From an uncultured delta proteobacterium (GTDB lineage Bacteria; Myxococcota_A; Polyangia; Haliangiales; Haliangiaceae), in contig CAWKDB010000010.1 of NCBI GenBank assembly GCA_963848295.1, forward strand, positions 4,160,001-4,224,000: a stretch of DNA of 64,000 nt, written 5' to 3'. A model generated the notes under the pieces. That model saw only the letters and a program-made list of their open reading frames with translations, made no database searches and was not told where the DNA came from. Shown one piece after another: positions 1-11,375 of the stretch; positions within the stretch are counted from its first letter, which is position 1; the number at the start of each line of letters is the position of its first letter. The translations under genes and the position numbers were made by a program.

Positions 1-3000
1 GCACTGCTCCGCGAGCTCCGCACCAGCGGACTCGACGCGCGCGGTTGGTGGCGGTTGGCCCGCGAGCTCGTGCGTCCGTTCGCGGTGATTCGCGACGTTC
101 ATCCCGTGCCGGAGCTCGTCGGGCTATTCTTCGACGGCCGCGCCGAGATCATGACTGCGCTCGACCTGGTGTTTGCCGAGGGTGGCTCGGCCATCGCACC
201 CAATCGCGAGGTCGCCGAGGCCGCGCTCGCGCGGATCGTGCCGATGGTCGGCGTCGCGCTGCGCACGCTCCGCAGGTTCGACGACTATCGCCTCGTCGTC
301 CCGATGCGCGCGCGTGCTCAGCTGTGGGTCGGCGTTCGCCGGCGAGACCGACTGGTCGTGGATCTCGGCCGCCAGCTCGAACGCCCTGCGCTCGTCGGAC
401 GCGAGAACACGATCGTGGTGGACCTCGGCGACGTGGTGACGGTCGCCGAGCCTGCTCCTGGCGCGCCACGCGAGCTGTTCTTCCTCGACGGCCCTGGTCG
501 CAGCGGCGCTCGGTTTCGCGCGATCCGTCGGAGCTCGAGCACGACGTGGCCGGGACATGGGAGCGGATGGGCATCGCGGCGGACGCGGGAAGCGACGACG
601 GGCGGGCCGAGGTCGAGTCGCCGTACATGGGACTCTCGACGTTCACCGAGAAGCAGTCCGCGTTGTTCTTCGGGCGCGAACGCGAGCTCGAAGAGATGCT
701 CAATCGGCTGCAAACGCAAGCGTTCCTCTGCGTCGTCGGTCCTTCGGGCGCGGGCAAGAGCTCGTTCGTGCAAGCGGGTCTGTTCCCGGCGCTCGGCGCC
801 GAGTGGCGGACAATCGTGCTCCGGCCCGGCCCGTTGCCGGTGACGAACCTCGCGGCGCAGATCGCGGCGGCAACCGGCCGGCCGTTGTCGCCGGACCAGC
901 TGCGAGAACACCCGAGCACGCTCGTCGCGCATCTCGAGCCGTTGCTCGCGCGCTCGCACGTGCTCCTGTTCGTCGACCAGTTCGAGGAGCTGTTCACCCT
1001 GTCGGCCGATCCAGCTGGGCAGGAGGCGTTCGCGTCGGCACTGATGGAGACCGCGTCGGCCAACGATCGACTCCGCGTGGTCGTGACGTTGCGCGACGAT
1101 TTTCTCGTTCGCGCGGCGCAACTGGCGGCGCTGCGCGCGATCGGCGCATCTCTCCAGATCCTGTCGACGCCAATGCCCGACAACCTGATGCGCATCCTGG
1201 TCGAACCCGCGCGACGCGGCGGCTACGCATTCGAGGACGACGAGTTCCCCACCGAGATCGTGTCCGAGGTCTCGGGGCAGCCCGGCGCGCTCGCGCTATT
1301 GTCGTTCACCGCGTCGAGGCTATGGGAGCTGCGCGATCGCCAGGCCAAACAACTCACGCGCCGCGCCTATCGCGGCCTCGGCGGTGTCGGAGGTGCGCTA
1401 GCGCAGCACGCCGAATCCGTGCTGGGCGGCATGCCGGACGCACAGCAACGCGTGGTGCGCGAGCTGTTCCGTCACCTCGTGACAGCGGAAGGCACCCGCG
1501 CGGTGCTCAGCCGCGACGAGTTGCTCCAAGTCGGCGGCGGGCCCGTGGCGAACCCGGTCGTGGAGGCGCTGATCAACGAGCGCCTGTTGACGGCGATGGA
1601 GAGCCCCGGCGGCGAGAGCATCGAGGTCGTCCACGAGACGCTTATCATCAGCTGGCCTCGGCTCGTCCAATGGCGATCGCAAGATGCCGAGAACGCGCGG
1701 CTTCGCGACCAGCTGCGGGCAGCCGCACGGCAATGGGACGACCGCGGACGGTCGCGCGGGATGTTGTGGCGCGCGGATGCTGTTACCGAGTATCGGCTGT
1801 GGCGCAATCGCTATCCAGGCTCGCTAACTGCCGTCGAGGAGGCCTTCGGGGCGGCGAGCATCGCCGACACGAATCGCGGGCGACGGGTGCGGCGCGGGCT
1901 GTTGATCGCCGGCGTGGCTGCGCTCATCGTGGCTCTGATCGTGTTCGCGGGGCTGCGCAGCGCGGCGCAAAGCAGCCGAGCGCGCGCGCAAGAGCAATTG
2001 ATCGAGTCGTACTTAGATCAAGCCGAGCGCGAGCTCGCGATCGGCGACTCGTTCGGCGGGTTGACGTTCCTCGACGGTGCAATGCATCTCGGCGCCGACT
2101 CGAGCGAGCTGCGCTTCATGCTCGCACGAGCCCTCGAGGCGGTCACGCCGGAGCTCGTCACCCTGCATGGTCACGACGGCGCGGTCGCGCACCTCGCGTT
2201 CGGCGCCGACGGCTCTCTCGTCACCGTCGGACGAGATGGGACGCTGCGCCGGTGGTCGGCGGCGGGCGCGCAACTCTGGAGCGTGCAAGCGCATCCGAAA
2301 CGGTCCTTCCCGCTCGTCGCGGTAGATCCAAAAGGCAAATGGATCGCCTCGGCTACCGAGGGGGCGATCTCGTTGTGGACCTACGACGGCCGGTTGGTGC
2401 GTCACCTTGAAGGCCATGTTGGCCCGCTCGTCCAGCTCGCGTTCACCGCAGACGGTCAGGATCTCGTGTCCGGGGGATTCGACGGAACCGTCCGAGTCTG
2501 GGATCTCTCGTCTTCGACCGTCCGCGTGCTCGACACGAAGACCGCAGGACGCACGTCGTTCGCGTGGGCGGGTGATCGGCTGGTCATCGCGGCGTCGACG
2601 CCGGACGGCCGCGACTCGATGTTCGGTACGTGGACGCGCGGCGACGCGGCTGGTTTGCAGTCGACGCTCATCGCGGGCCCTGGCGCCTCGGGGTCGGACA
2701 ACACGCCGATGACGGCCGCGGTCTCGGCAGATGGTCGAAAGGTCGCCGTCGGCATGCTCTCCGGCGGGATCGAGCTTTGGGACACGGTGTCGCGCACGAG
2801 GCTGTTCAGGCTTTCCGGCCACGAGGGCATGATCACGTTCGTGGTATTTCGCGCCGATGGCGCGCTCGTGTCGGGAAGCAGCGACGCCACCATCCGCGTC
2901 TGGGACACCGGGACGGGGGCGCTGCTCCGCACGCTGCGGGGCCATCACGATGTGATCGTGAGGGGCCTGCTCGATGTCTCGGGCCATCTCGTCACGAGCT

Positions 3001-4212
3001 CGGCTGATGGAACGGCGAAGATCTGGGACACCTACTCCGGCACGTTGCTCAAGACGTTCGCACACGGCGGCCTCGTCGACGTCGCGGTCTCGAGTGACGG
3101 CGAGCGGATCGCGACCGCGAGCCCGTTCGGAACGACCAAGATTTGGCGGACCACGGGTCCCGAGGGCGTGGAGATCCTCTCCGGCCCGAGGCGAGATTCC
3201 ACCTACACCGCACCGTGGTTATCGGACGACGGCAGTCGATTGCTGCGAACGGGAACCGGCGGCGGAGAGCTCTGGGACCTGCGGAAGCGAAGACTCCTCG
3301 TTCGGATTGGCGGACCGACCACGATCATCGCCGGCGGCGGCGACCGAGCCTACTTTGCCGACGGCAGCTCTATCACCGTGTCACGGCTGAGCGACGGAAC
3401 CGCGATTCGCACGATCACCGCGCCGTTCGAGATCGCCGCGATGTGCGTCGACCCGAGCTCGGGTTCGCTCGTGGTCGCGAGCGGGGCGCCCGCTCGTCTC
3501 GCGATCGTCGGCGCGGACCGATTGACGGTCGTGGATTCGAACGTCGATGGGAATATTGTCTTGGCATGCGAGCCGCGCGGTGTCGCGGCGTTCGGCACGA
3601 ACGTGGCGTTCTTCGCGCTGCCCGAGCTTCGACGGCTGCACGAGGAGCGACTACCGGAATAGACGGTGTCCGAGTTGGTGCCGAGGGCTCGGCATCGCGG
3701 GCCAGTCGGCAACCGCGGACCTCGCGCTGTGGACGTTGGGCACTCGCGTCGCGACTCTGCCAGGTTCGTGGGATGTGGAGTCGGTCGCTGCCAATCCCGA
3801 CACCGTGGTCGTCGGCCACGCCGATGGGACCATGGTCGAATGGGATCGTCACTCGTGGACCGCGACTGCCGAAGTCCACGCCGATCACTCGGGGATCTTC
3901 GGGCTGGCTGCCACCTCGAAGATGATCGCCTCGTTGTCCTTGAGCTCACTCAAGCTGTGGCGCGTCGGTGCGAAGCGCCCGATGTTCGAGACTGGCACGC
4001 TTCGGGATGCGTACTGGACGCGCTTTGCAGGCGACTCCGTGATCGTGACCGATGGCAACTACGTCGCGCTTCGGTCGATTCGCGAGAGCGCGCTGACACC
4101 GCACGAGCTCGCGGTCCTGGTCGCATGCAAGGTCCCGGATAGTATCCGTGAACAGCTAGGTGGTCCGCCGCCATCGGCGACGTGCCCCGAACCAGTCAGC
4201 AACCCGAAATAG
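1..4212 (+). CDS. STAND NTPase (nSTAND1-like)-TM-WD40 repeat protein; 5' partial, two apparent frameshifts (~525, ~3655-3690)
   Basis: Frame 1 is open from base 1 and shifts to ORF 45..3662, which has SPYMGL, Walker A GPSGAGKSS, Walker B LLFVDQFEELF, a TM helix and GH..WD repeats. It then shifts to ORF 3547..4212 with further WD40-like blades. Confidence 0.8.
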
Positions 4213-5718
4213 TCAGCGTCGCGTGCGCATCCCTTGCAGGGGGTGCAGACCGACCACCGGCACTCGTTCGGCCAGTGCCGCGAGTGATGCCATCCAGGCT
4301 CTGACCTCGTTGTCTTGCGGATGCGCGCGCTCGATGTCTTGTCGATACGCAGCAAATCGTCGGCCGTGGTCCGAGCTCGAGCTCAGGTCGACGGTAGGTC
4401 GCTTCACGCCGGCCCAGACAAACGCCGCGATCGGGATGAATGCTTTGGGTTTGAGCATGCTGATCCAGCGCGCCGCGTCTCGCGCGGTGGGGTGATATCG
4501 GATGAGCTCTGGGCGATGCAGCAGCTCGTTGGAAAACTTGCGGTACCAGCCCGCCATCGCCGGGGGGGACCAACACAGTCCCGATGAGCCACAGGCGAAG
4601 TAGTCGATGCCCCGCTTCGCGATCCGATCGTTGGTTTCGTCCATCCCTGTGGTCTCGTCGTTACAGGCGTCACCGGAGCTATAGAGCTTTCGCCCGCCGA
4701 ACTCCGCGATGACACCAAACGCATCGAAGCGCGAGTCGATACCGAACGGTTCGCCGTAAGACGGAGCAAACGTCAGCGCGACGTCGCCTACCTCGACGCG
4801 ATCCCACGGATCGACCTCACGAACGTTCGTGAAACCCCACAGCTTCAGATACGCGCGCAGGGGCGGGTTCGCGAACGTGCCGTGGCGGCAACGCGGGACA
4901 TAGATGCGCTTGTCTCGTGCTATCCGTAGCAGCGTCGATGGGTTCGTGTGGTCCCAATGGTGATGAGTGAGGAGCACCGCATCGGCGGATCCGACGAGCG
5001 CGAACGAGCGAGGGTCGAATCTGCCTCGCTCGGTCGCGCTTAGCGCCGGATCGATCACGATCGAGCTCGTCTTCCCACGCACGAACATCGCTGAGTGCCC
5101 CAAGAAGACGAAGTCGGGAGCTCGATCGATCGCGCGGACTTGTCGCTTCACCGGTCTGAGACAGCCATTGGCGAGAAACAGCTCGAACAATGTCTCTTGC
5201 GGCCCGCAGCCGACGATCGCGGCACGAATCTCGGCTTCGGTGTGGGTTCCGTTGAGCCACGGTAGCAGCTGCATCGCCGTCGATACCGAGGATCCCGGCA
5301 CACGCGCGACAAAACCATCCTCGACACACAGATACCAGTCGTCATCTTCGAGCGCGGAAGATCTGAATGTCGCGGGCGCTCGAGTCTCGATACTCCAGAT
5401 CCCCTTTGCACTGGAGAACGAGTACATCGAGCGAGCTTTGCAGGCGCGATAGAGGCGACGCGCTTGCGCGGTCGACGGGAACGGCGTGTCGAGCGTCTTG
5501 AGCTCGGCTATGATACGGCTCGCGACCGAGATCGTACCTCGAGGAAAAAAAATGCCGGAAGGCGCTGTCGCACGGTGAAACCACAGCCGGAGCTGTGCGA
5601 AGTCGGCGTTGCCGGCGCGATTCGCGTAGCGCTGGAATGCACGAAAATCGTTTCCTTTGACGAGCAGGATGTTGGCCGGCTCGACGATTCCCAATGCGAG
5701 GAACAGCGGGTCGGCCAT
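4213..5718 (-). CDS. MBL-fold metallo-hydrolase with N-terminal extension containing a wHTH/RRE-like segment
   Basis: FLGHS, IDP and THHHWDH (HxHxDH) motifs. ATG at 5718 overlaps the JmjC stop codon (TGATG). Confidence 0.75.
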   Translation of the reverse strand: MADPLFLALGIVEPANILLVKGNDFRAFQRYANRAGNADFAQLRLWFHRATAPSGIFFPRGTISVASRIIAELKTLDTPFPSTAQARRLYRACKARSMYSFSSAKGIWSIETRAPATFRSSALEDDDWYLCVEDGFVARVPGSSVSTAMQLLPWLNGTHTEAEIRAAIVGCGPQETLFELFLANGCLRPVKRQVRAIDRAPDFVFLGHSAMFVRGKTSSIVIDPALSATERGRFDPRSFALVGSADAVLLTHHHWDHTNPSTLLRIARDKRIYVPRCRHGTFANPPLRAYLKLWGFTNVREVDPWDRVEVGDVALTFAPSYGEPFGIDSRFDAFGVIAEFGGRKLYSSGDACNDETTGMDETNDRIAKRGIDYFACGSSGLCWSPPAMAGWYRKFSNELLHRPELIRYHPTARDAARWISMLKPKAFIPIAAFVWAGVKRPTVDLSSSSDHGRRFAAYRQDIERAHPQDNEVRAWMASLAALAERVPVVGLHPLQGMRTRR

Positions 5719-6911
5719 CACGTATCCGACCGAGCGACGAGGTAACCCGTATCTAACAGGAGTCCGATCACGTGCTCGATCAGGCGAACACGAACGCGCG
5801 GAAATCGCGTCCTGACGTCCTGTGTGGTGAAGCCGCGCCGGCGCGCCGCGATCCATTCGAGCGGACGGACGAGCTCGGCGCTGACGTCGAACACGTTGTT
5901 GGTCTCGAGCGAGCGGCGATGGATGCGCGTCGTGACCACGGCTCGACTGCCGAGCTCCTTCACGATGAGCGTGGCCAGCGGGTTGCGACGCGCTTCTACG
6001 TCAAGTCGTGGCTTGTCGACTCGCAGCTCGGGTGCGATCTCGTCGATCGTCAGGCCACGCACCTGGTCGGCGAGCCCGTCCAAGAGCCCGGTGAGCTCGC
6101 GCCGCGCCGCGTGCCTGAACGCGCGATTTGACCACGAGGCGGTCACGTTCTTGCGCCACTCCGGTTCGCAGCCGAGCCGCGCAGCAAGCGCGCCACCCAC
6201 GAACTCCGCCCACGACATCAGCTGGAACCCCACGAACGCGGAGAGCGAATCCTGTCCTGTCTCCGTCGCGTGCCAGTAGCCGCGGGGAATGTAGAGCACG
6301 TCTCCGGGCCGGAGGTCGACGACGTACGCGGGCTCGCGGATGGACTTCGGAAGGGTGCGGTGCGCGTGCAGCTGAAGCTCGGGAGGCACGACGTCTCCGG
6401 CGAACCAGTTCTCCATCGGGTTGATCACGTGGCGGTTCGGCGCGAGATGCCAGCGCTTGTGGCCGCGAAGCTGAATCGTGAAGTTCTCGAGCGCATCGAA
6501 GTGGTAGCTCGTGCCGGCCGACCGCCGGCTCGCGAACAGACTGAACTTCGTCTTGGTTTCGGGATGACCGAGCTCCAGCGCGAGTCGCGTTTGCCACTGA
6601 TTCAAGCGCTCGGTGCCGGCGTCCTTGAGGTAGAGCGTCAGTCCGGCGTCGTATAGCGCCAAGCTCTCGTCGGGCGAAGGTGGAGTCGTGATCTCCGAGC
6701 GCCGCTCGATCGTCTCGAACCACGCCTGGGTCTTATCGCCGTTTCTAGCGACGAGTTGTCGGACATCGAAATCGAGCAGCTCGCGTTCGAACAGCCGCAT
6801 CGTGCCGCGCGCTACCTTGCCGCGCGCGTGCGTGTGCCCCCAGTGCTTGGACGCAAATGTCTTCGCCGCTGCTCGCCCGACGAGCGATTCGACGATCGAC
6901 CCCCGCGACAT
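5718..6911 (-). CDS. JmjC/Cupin_4 2OG-Fe(II) oxygenase (RoxA/YcfD-like) with C-terminal wHTH
   Basis: YHFD..NFTIQLRGHKRW and LRPGDVLYIPRGYWH give the HxD...H triad. Start chosen at MSRGS. Confidence 0.85.
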   Translation of the reverse strand: MSRGSIVESLVGRAAAKTFASKHWGHTHARGKVARGTMRLFERELLDFDVRQLVARNGDKTQAWFETIERRSEITTPPSPDESLALYDAGLTLYLKDAGTERLNQWQTRLALELGHPETKTKFSLFASRRSAGTSYHFDALENFTIQLRGHKRWHLAPNRHVINPMENWFAGDVVPPELQLHAHRTLPKSIREPAYVVDLRPGDVLYIPRGYWHATETGQDSLSAFVGFQLMSWAEFVGGALAARLGCEPEWRKNVTASWSNRAFRHAARRELTGLLDGLADQVRGLTIDEIAPELRVDKPRLDVEARRNPLATLIVKELGSRAVVTTRIHRRSLETNNVFDVSAELVRPLEWIAARRRGFTTQDVRTRFPRVRVRLIEHVIGLLLDTGYLVARSDT

Positions 6912-6997
6912 CACAGTAACGTACCCGATCTGATGTGCGGGGGATCCCCAGCGCCTCAGGTCGATCCGCATCTTGTGCGCCCGGACGCGATGCTGGC

Positions 6998-7915
6998 TCA
7001 CATGGCGCTCGAGATCGCGCCGTCCTTGGCCTTGCCGTTCGCGGCGAGCGCCGCGGTCATCGTGGTGACCTCTGCGAGCCCGCCGAGTTGCATGGTCTCG
7101 AGAGCGCTGCTCGGCACGAGCACGATCGTCGCGTTCTGCTTGAGGCCCTCGTACAACATGTTCATCGCGCGCAAGTGCAGCGCGACCGGATCGTGCGCGT
7201 ACGTCTTCGCCGCCTCGCCGAACTTCTCGGCGACCTGGCGCTCCGAGTCGCCGAGGATCACGCGGGCCTGGCGCTCGCGCTCGGCTTGGGCCTGCATCGA
7301 CATCGCGTTCTCGAGAGATGCCGGGATGAGGACGTCGCGAACTTCGACCGAGATCACGTTGACGCCCCATGGCTCGGTGCGCTGATCGATGACCTTCTGG
7401 AGCTGCGCGCTGATCTTGTCTCGGCCCTCGAGCATCTCGGCGAGCATGGTCTTGCCGATGATGTCGCGAAGCGCGGTCTGCGACGCCCAGCTGATCGCAC
7501 TGGAATAATCGGCGACGGCGAGCGCGGCCTTCTCCGGATCGATCACCTTCCAGAACAGCACGGCATCGACATCGACAGGCACCGTATCCTTGGTCAGCGT
7601 CTTCTCCGCTTTGAACCCGGTGGTGATCACGCGGGTATCGAGCCAGTAGGCGACGGCATCGACGATCGGGATGATGAAGAACACGCCCGGTCCGTACAAC
7701 GCTCGAAACCGACCGAGACGCAAGACCACCGCGCGATCCCACGCGGCCGCGACCTTGACCGAGAGCGCGATGATCCCGCCGATCACGAACGCCAGGCACG
7801 CGACGGCGACCGCGGCGGCTGGATGGACAGGGTCATAGACCGCGCCCGCCAGCGCCACACCTGCGGCGAGGATCAAGACGAACAACAGCGATGGAAACGC
7901 ACTGGTTCTGATCAT
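6998..7915 (-). CDS. SPFH/stomatin (slipin) family membrane protein
   Basis: AVVLRLGRF, GPGVFFIIPIVD, LTKDTVPVDVDAV, WGVNVISVEVRDV and QAQAERERQA motifs. Confidence 0.92.
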   Translation of the reverse strand: MIRTSAFPSLLFVLILAAGVALAGAVYDPVHPAAAVAVACLAFVIGGIIALSVKVAAAWDRAVVLRLGRFRALYGPGVFFIIPIVDAVAYWLDTRVITTGFKAEKTLTKDTVPVDVDAVLFWKVIDPEKAALAVADYSSAISWASQTALRDIIGKTMLAEMLEGRDKISAQLQKVIDQRTEPWGVNVISVEVRDVLIPASLENAMSMQAQAERERQARVILGDSERQVAEKFGEAAKTYAHDPVALHLRAMNMLYEGLKQNATIVLVPSSALETMQLGGLAEVTTMTAALAANGKAKDGAISSAM

Positions 7916-8234
7916 TTGTCTGGTCGTGTATGCAAGGTCGAGACTCGGGACACATTCGCGCGGGTTGCGCCGATCGACGACCAAGCTCGGGCGCAACGCG
8001 CTGCACAGCACACCGAGCGCGAACGCAACAACATCGGCGGACTCACTTGCCGAGCTGATCGGTCTCGTTCGTTGCAGGCGGCGACCTGGTGTGGCGTCTC
8101 GAAGATCGGTACCGGTCGCGTAGACCATCGCGTCGGTTTCACCCCGCTTGTCGCCACGCGGTCACGATCGAGCGGGGCGCGCGGGGAGTTTCGTGCGCTT
8201 GGCGGTGGCATGTGCGCTGCACGTCGCGGCGACG

Positions 8235-9104
8235 ATGCGAAACCTCGCCGCTCTAGTCATTGTTACAGCATGTAACTCGTCGACCAATCCCGGCGCGCCC
8301 GTCGACGCGCATCCCGACTCCCACGCGCATGCAGATGCCCGCGAGCCGGCTGACGGTCCGCGCACGATCGACGCGTCGATCATGATCGACGCGCCGTTCA
8401 GCTCCACCGAAGTCGGCTTTGCGGTCGTCACGATGAACGACGCGACCGACTTCAACGACCTCACGATCAATGCGGCTGTCGGGTTCGGCCAGGAACATGA
8501 GAACGCCTGCCAGGGCACGGCGATCAACGGCTGCTGCGTGATCTCGACGATCGGGTTCGCGATTGTCGGCGCGTCGATCGGCCCGATCGAGATCGACGAC
8601 GGAGCCGCGCTCGCGACGCTGCAACCGCTAGACAGCTATCCGACGTACTTCTCCGAATCGGGCCGGAGGTGGACCGCCGGCGACAGCGTCGCGGTGTGGG
8701 CGCCGGGCGGCAGCCTCTCGGCGTTCAGCGACACGATCCCCGCGCCCGGACCGGTGACCGGGCTCGTGCCGCCGATTCCGGTTGGCAACCCGACGTTCGA
8801 TCAGTCGGTGGCTCAGAACCTCACGATCCGATGGACTCCCGACGCTTATTCGGCCGACTTCACGATCCAGATCAGCTCGGGCGGCAGCAACATCGTCGAG
8901 TGTCACGAGCCGCAGGCGCAGGGCAGCGTCGTCGTCGATCACTCGCTCTATAGCGGTGCCGGCCTGCTCGCGGGCCGGATGGCATCGGTGACGGCGATAA
9001 ACAGTACGACGCACACACTCGCGCTCTCCGGCTCGAGCTCGCCGGTCACGATCTCCGCGCAGTCGCAGATCGGCGGCAACGAGACGATCAACTTCGTGCC
9101 GTGA
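8235..9104 (+). CDS. hypothetical lipoprotein
   Basis: Lipobox VTAC and a beta-rich sequence. Confidence 0.7.
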   Translation: MRNLAALVIVTACNSSTNPGAPVDAHPDSHAHADAREPADGPRTIDASIMIDAPFSSTEVGFAVVTMNDATDFNDLTINAAVGFGQEHENACQGTAINGCCVISTIGFAIVGASIGPIEIDDGAALATLQPLDSYPTYFSESGRRWTAGDSVAVWAPGGSLSAFSDTIPAPGPVTGLVPPIPVGNPTFDQSVAQNLTIRWTPDAYSADFTIQISSGGSNIVECHEPQAQGSVVVDHSLYSGAGLLAGRMASVTAINSTTHTLALSGSSSPVTISAQSQIGGNETINFVP

Positions 9105-9186
9105 TGTGCAAGCGCGGCGCACCCATCGCTCGCGCGGCGGTTGACGAATCGCATCGCCGCGTATCCATCGTGATACCCTGGAGGTG

Positions 9187-10434
9187 ATGCGGGTATGGTG
9201 CGCCACGCTGGCGCTGACCGTCGGTTGCTACCACCCCGTCGTGGCGTTCGACGTGCCGTGTTCCTCGACCGGCCTATGCCCGGGTGATCAAGTCTGCGAC
9301 CAGAGCCAAGCGCCGCCGACCTGCGTCGCGGCGATCAGCGACGCCCGACGACTGAGTGATCGCAGCGGCGACGGCCCGGTCAAGCCACCGGCGTGCCCGG
9401 ACCTCCGGTTCTCGACCGTGCAGCTCCACGCGGCGGGCGCGGCGCCGCGCGCGGTCGCGATCGGCGACATCGACGGCGATGGGGTCAACGACGTGATCGT
9501 CACGAACGGCAACGCGACGACCGCGAGCGTGTTGTTCGGCAACGGCGACGGGACGTTCCAGAGCCAGATCACCGCGCCCACCGGCAACGCGCCGTACTCG
9601 GTCGCGGTCGGCGACCTCGATGGTGACGGCCGCGCCGACCTCGTCGTGGGCAACTACTCCGACAACACCGTGACCGTCGATCTCAGTGCGGGGCGGTCGT
9701 TCGTCCCGAAGGTCAACTACTCGACCGGAACGAACCCACAGTCGGTCGCGATCGGGGATGTCGACGGCGACGGCCGGCCCGACATCGTCGTCTCGAACTA
9801 CGGCGCCGGCACGATCACCGTGCTGCACAACACCGGCGGCGGCAAGTTCGTGGGAGCATCAGGCTTGCCGCCGGCGACCGGCGCGATGCCGTACCAGGTC
9901 GCGATCGGCGACGTCGACGGCGATGGAACGCCGGATCTCGTGTCCGCCGACACGGGAGGCTTGTCGGCGAGCGTGCTGCGCGGTCAAGGCACCGGCGCGT
10001 TCGCGGCCCCGGTCGAGTTCTCTGCGGGTATGCAGCCGTGGTCGGTCGGGCTGGGCGATGTCGATGGCGATGGCCGCGCCGACGTCGCGATCGCGGATAA
10101 CTTCGGCGACTCGACCGTGACCGTGTTGTTCGGGGCGTACCCGTCGTGGAAAACCACCGTCGTCCCGAGCGGCGCCGAGCCGTGGTGGGTCGACGTCGTC
10201 GATATGAACGGCGACGGCAACGGCGATCTCGTCGTCGCCGAGGCGATGGACGACGGGATCGATCTGGTCGTCGGCAACGGCGATGGCACGTTCGCCGCCC
10301 GCCAGACGTTCTCGACTTGCGCGGCACCACTCGAGCTCGCGGTCGGCGATCTCGACGGGGACGGCCGGCCCGACATCGCGGTGGCGTGCTCGACGAGCGA
10401 CGCTGTCGGCATCCTGTTCGCGGTGTGCCCGTAG
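9187..10434 (+). CDS. FG-GAP/VCBS repeat beta-propeller lipoprotein
   Basis: Lipobox TVGC and seven GDxDGDG-type repeats. Confidence 0.9.
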   Translation: MRVWCATLALTVGCYHPVVAFDVPCSSTGLCPGDQVCDQSQAPPTCVAAISDARRLSDRSGDGPVKPPACPDLRFSTVQLHAAGAAPRAVAIGDIDGDGVNDVIVTNGNATTASVLFGNGDGTFQSQITAPTGNAPYSVAVGDLDGDGRADLVVGNYSDNTVTVDLSAGRSFVPKVNYSTGTNPQSVAIGDVDGDGRPDIVVSNYGAGTITVLHNTGGGKFVGASGLPPATGAMPYQVAIGDVDGDGTPDLVSADTGGLSASVLRGQGTGAFAAPVEFSAGMQPWSVGLGDVDGDGRADVAIADNFGDSTVTVLFGAYPSWKTTVVPSGAEPWWVDVVDMNGDGNGDLVVAEAMDDGIDLVVGNGDGTFAARQTFSTCAAPLELAVGDLDGDGRPDIAVACSTSDAVGILFAVCP

Positions 10435-10484
10435 AGTGCGGTGCGGTGATGGCCCTGCGTTGGCCGACCAGTTATGATCCGGCC

Positions 10485-11366
10485 ATGCATCGCCTCGCGA
10501 TCGTCTTCGTGATCGTGCTCGCCAGTCCCGCGCGCGCGGACGGCGTGTTCGACGTGTGCAAGGGCGAATCGAAGACCGTGGTCCCGGGCACCGGGCAGAT
10601 GTCGATCGCGGTCATCTACCCCGACGACTTTCCGGGGCGCACGACGCGCCAGGTGCTCTATCCGATCGGCGCGCGTCTCGCGGTCGCGGAGCATGCCAAG
10701 ATCCTGCTCGGCGCGGAGGTCGACGCCGCGCTCGAGCTGGTCGCCGAGCGCCATTGGAGCGCCGCCGGCAACGCGTGCAGCACGGCGCCGTCGCTCGAGG
10801 CGGTGCTGGGTCAGAAGCACTCCAACCTCTCGACCGCGCGGGCGTCGATCGCGTGCGACGCCGCGGGCGCGTGCGAGCTCCATCTCGATCTCGAGCGCCA
10901 CGGCCGGCCGTCCGCCGAGCGCTTCGTGCGCTACGCGGCGCCGCTCGTCGGTAGCAAGGACAGCCTCGCGGCGATCGCCGCGGCGGCTCCGAAGCTCGTC
11001 GCGAAGGGCCCGCCGCCGGACGCGCCGAAGGCCGGCCTCGCGGTCGCCGAGCTGGCGCCGGGGATCGTGACCGCGCGCAGCGACGCCGACGGCGCGCTCG
11101 AGCTCGATCGCGCGATGGACGCGAGCCCCGCGTTCGCCGCGTGTGCTCCGAAGGGCCGCAAGCCGCATGACGTTCGCGGTTACTGGGCGGAGTGGAAGCT
11201 GTCCGCACTCGGCACCGCGATGGAGGTGTTCGTCAAGCCGTTCGGCGGTGTCGACCCGGCCGACGCGCGAGCCGCGGACTGCTTGCGCAAGGCGCTGCAG
11301 CACATCCAGCTCACCTGTCCACGCGACGGCAAGGTAGCGGCCGTGCGCACCGCGATCTGCCTGTAG
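10485..11366 (+). CDS. secreted hypothetical protein, possible AgmX/TonB-C-like C-terminal domain
   Basis: Signal peptide ending PARA-D. The C-terminal FAAC...ADCLRKAL pattern suggests the domain (tentative). Confidence 0.65.
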   Translation: MHRLAIVFVIVLASPARADGVFDVCKGESKTVVPGTGQMSIAVIYPDDFPGRTTRQVLYPIGARLAVAEHAKILLGAEVDAALELVAERHWSAAGNACSTAPSLEAVLGQKHSNLSTARASIACDAAGACELHLDLERHGRPSAERFVRYAAPLVGSKDSLAAIAAAAPKLVAKGPPPDAPKAGLAVAELAPGIVTARSDADGALELDRAMDASPAFAACAPKGRKPHDVRGYWAEWKLSALGTAMEVFVKPFGGVDPADARAADCLRKALQHIQLTCPRDGKVAAVRTAICL

Positions 11367-11375
11367 CGCCGCGCG

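Noticed and set aside
5718..7799. 693-aa JmjC ORF
   Set aside because: The N-terminal part overlaps the SPFH gene in another frame. The real start is probably 6911.
9460..10380. Regularly spaced ggcgacgtcgacggcga-like repeats as a CRISPR array
   Set aside because: They are degenerate in-frame FG-GAP coding repeats, and no cas genes are present.
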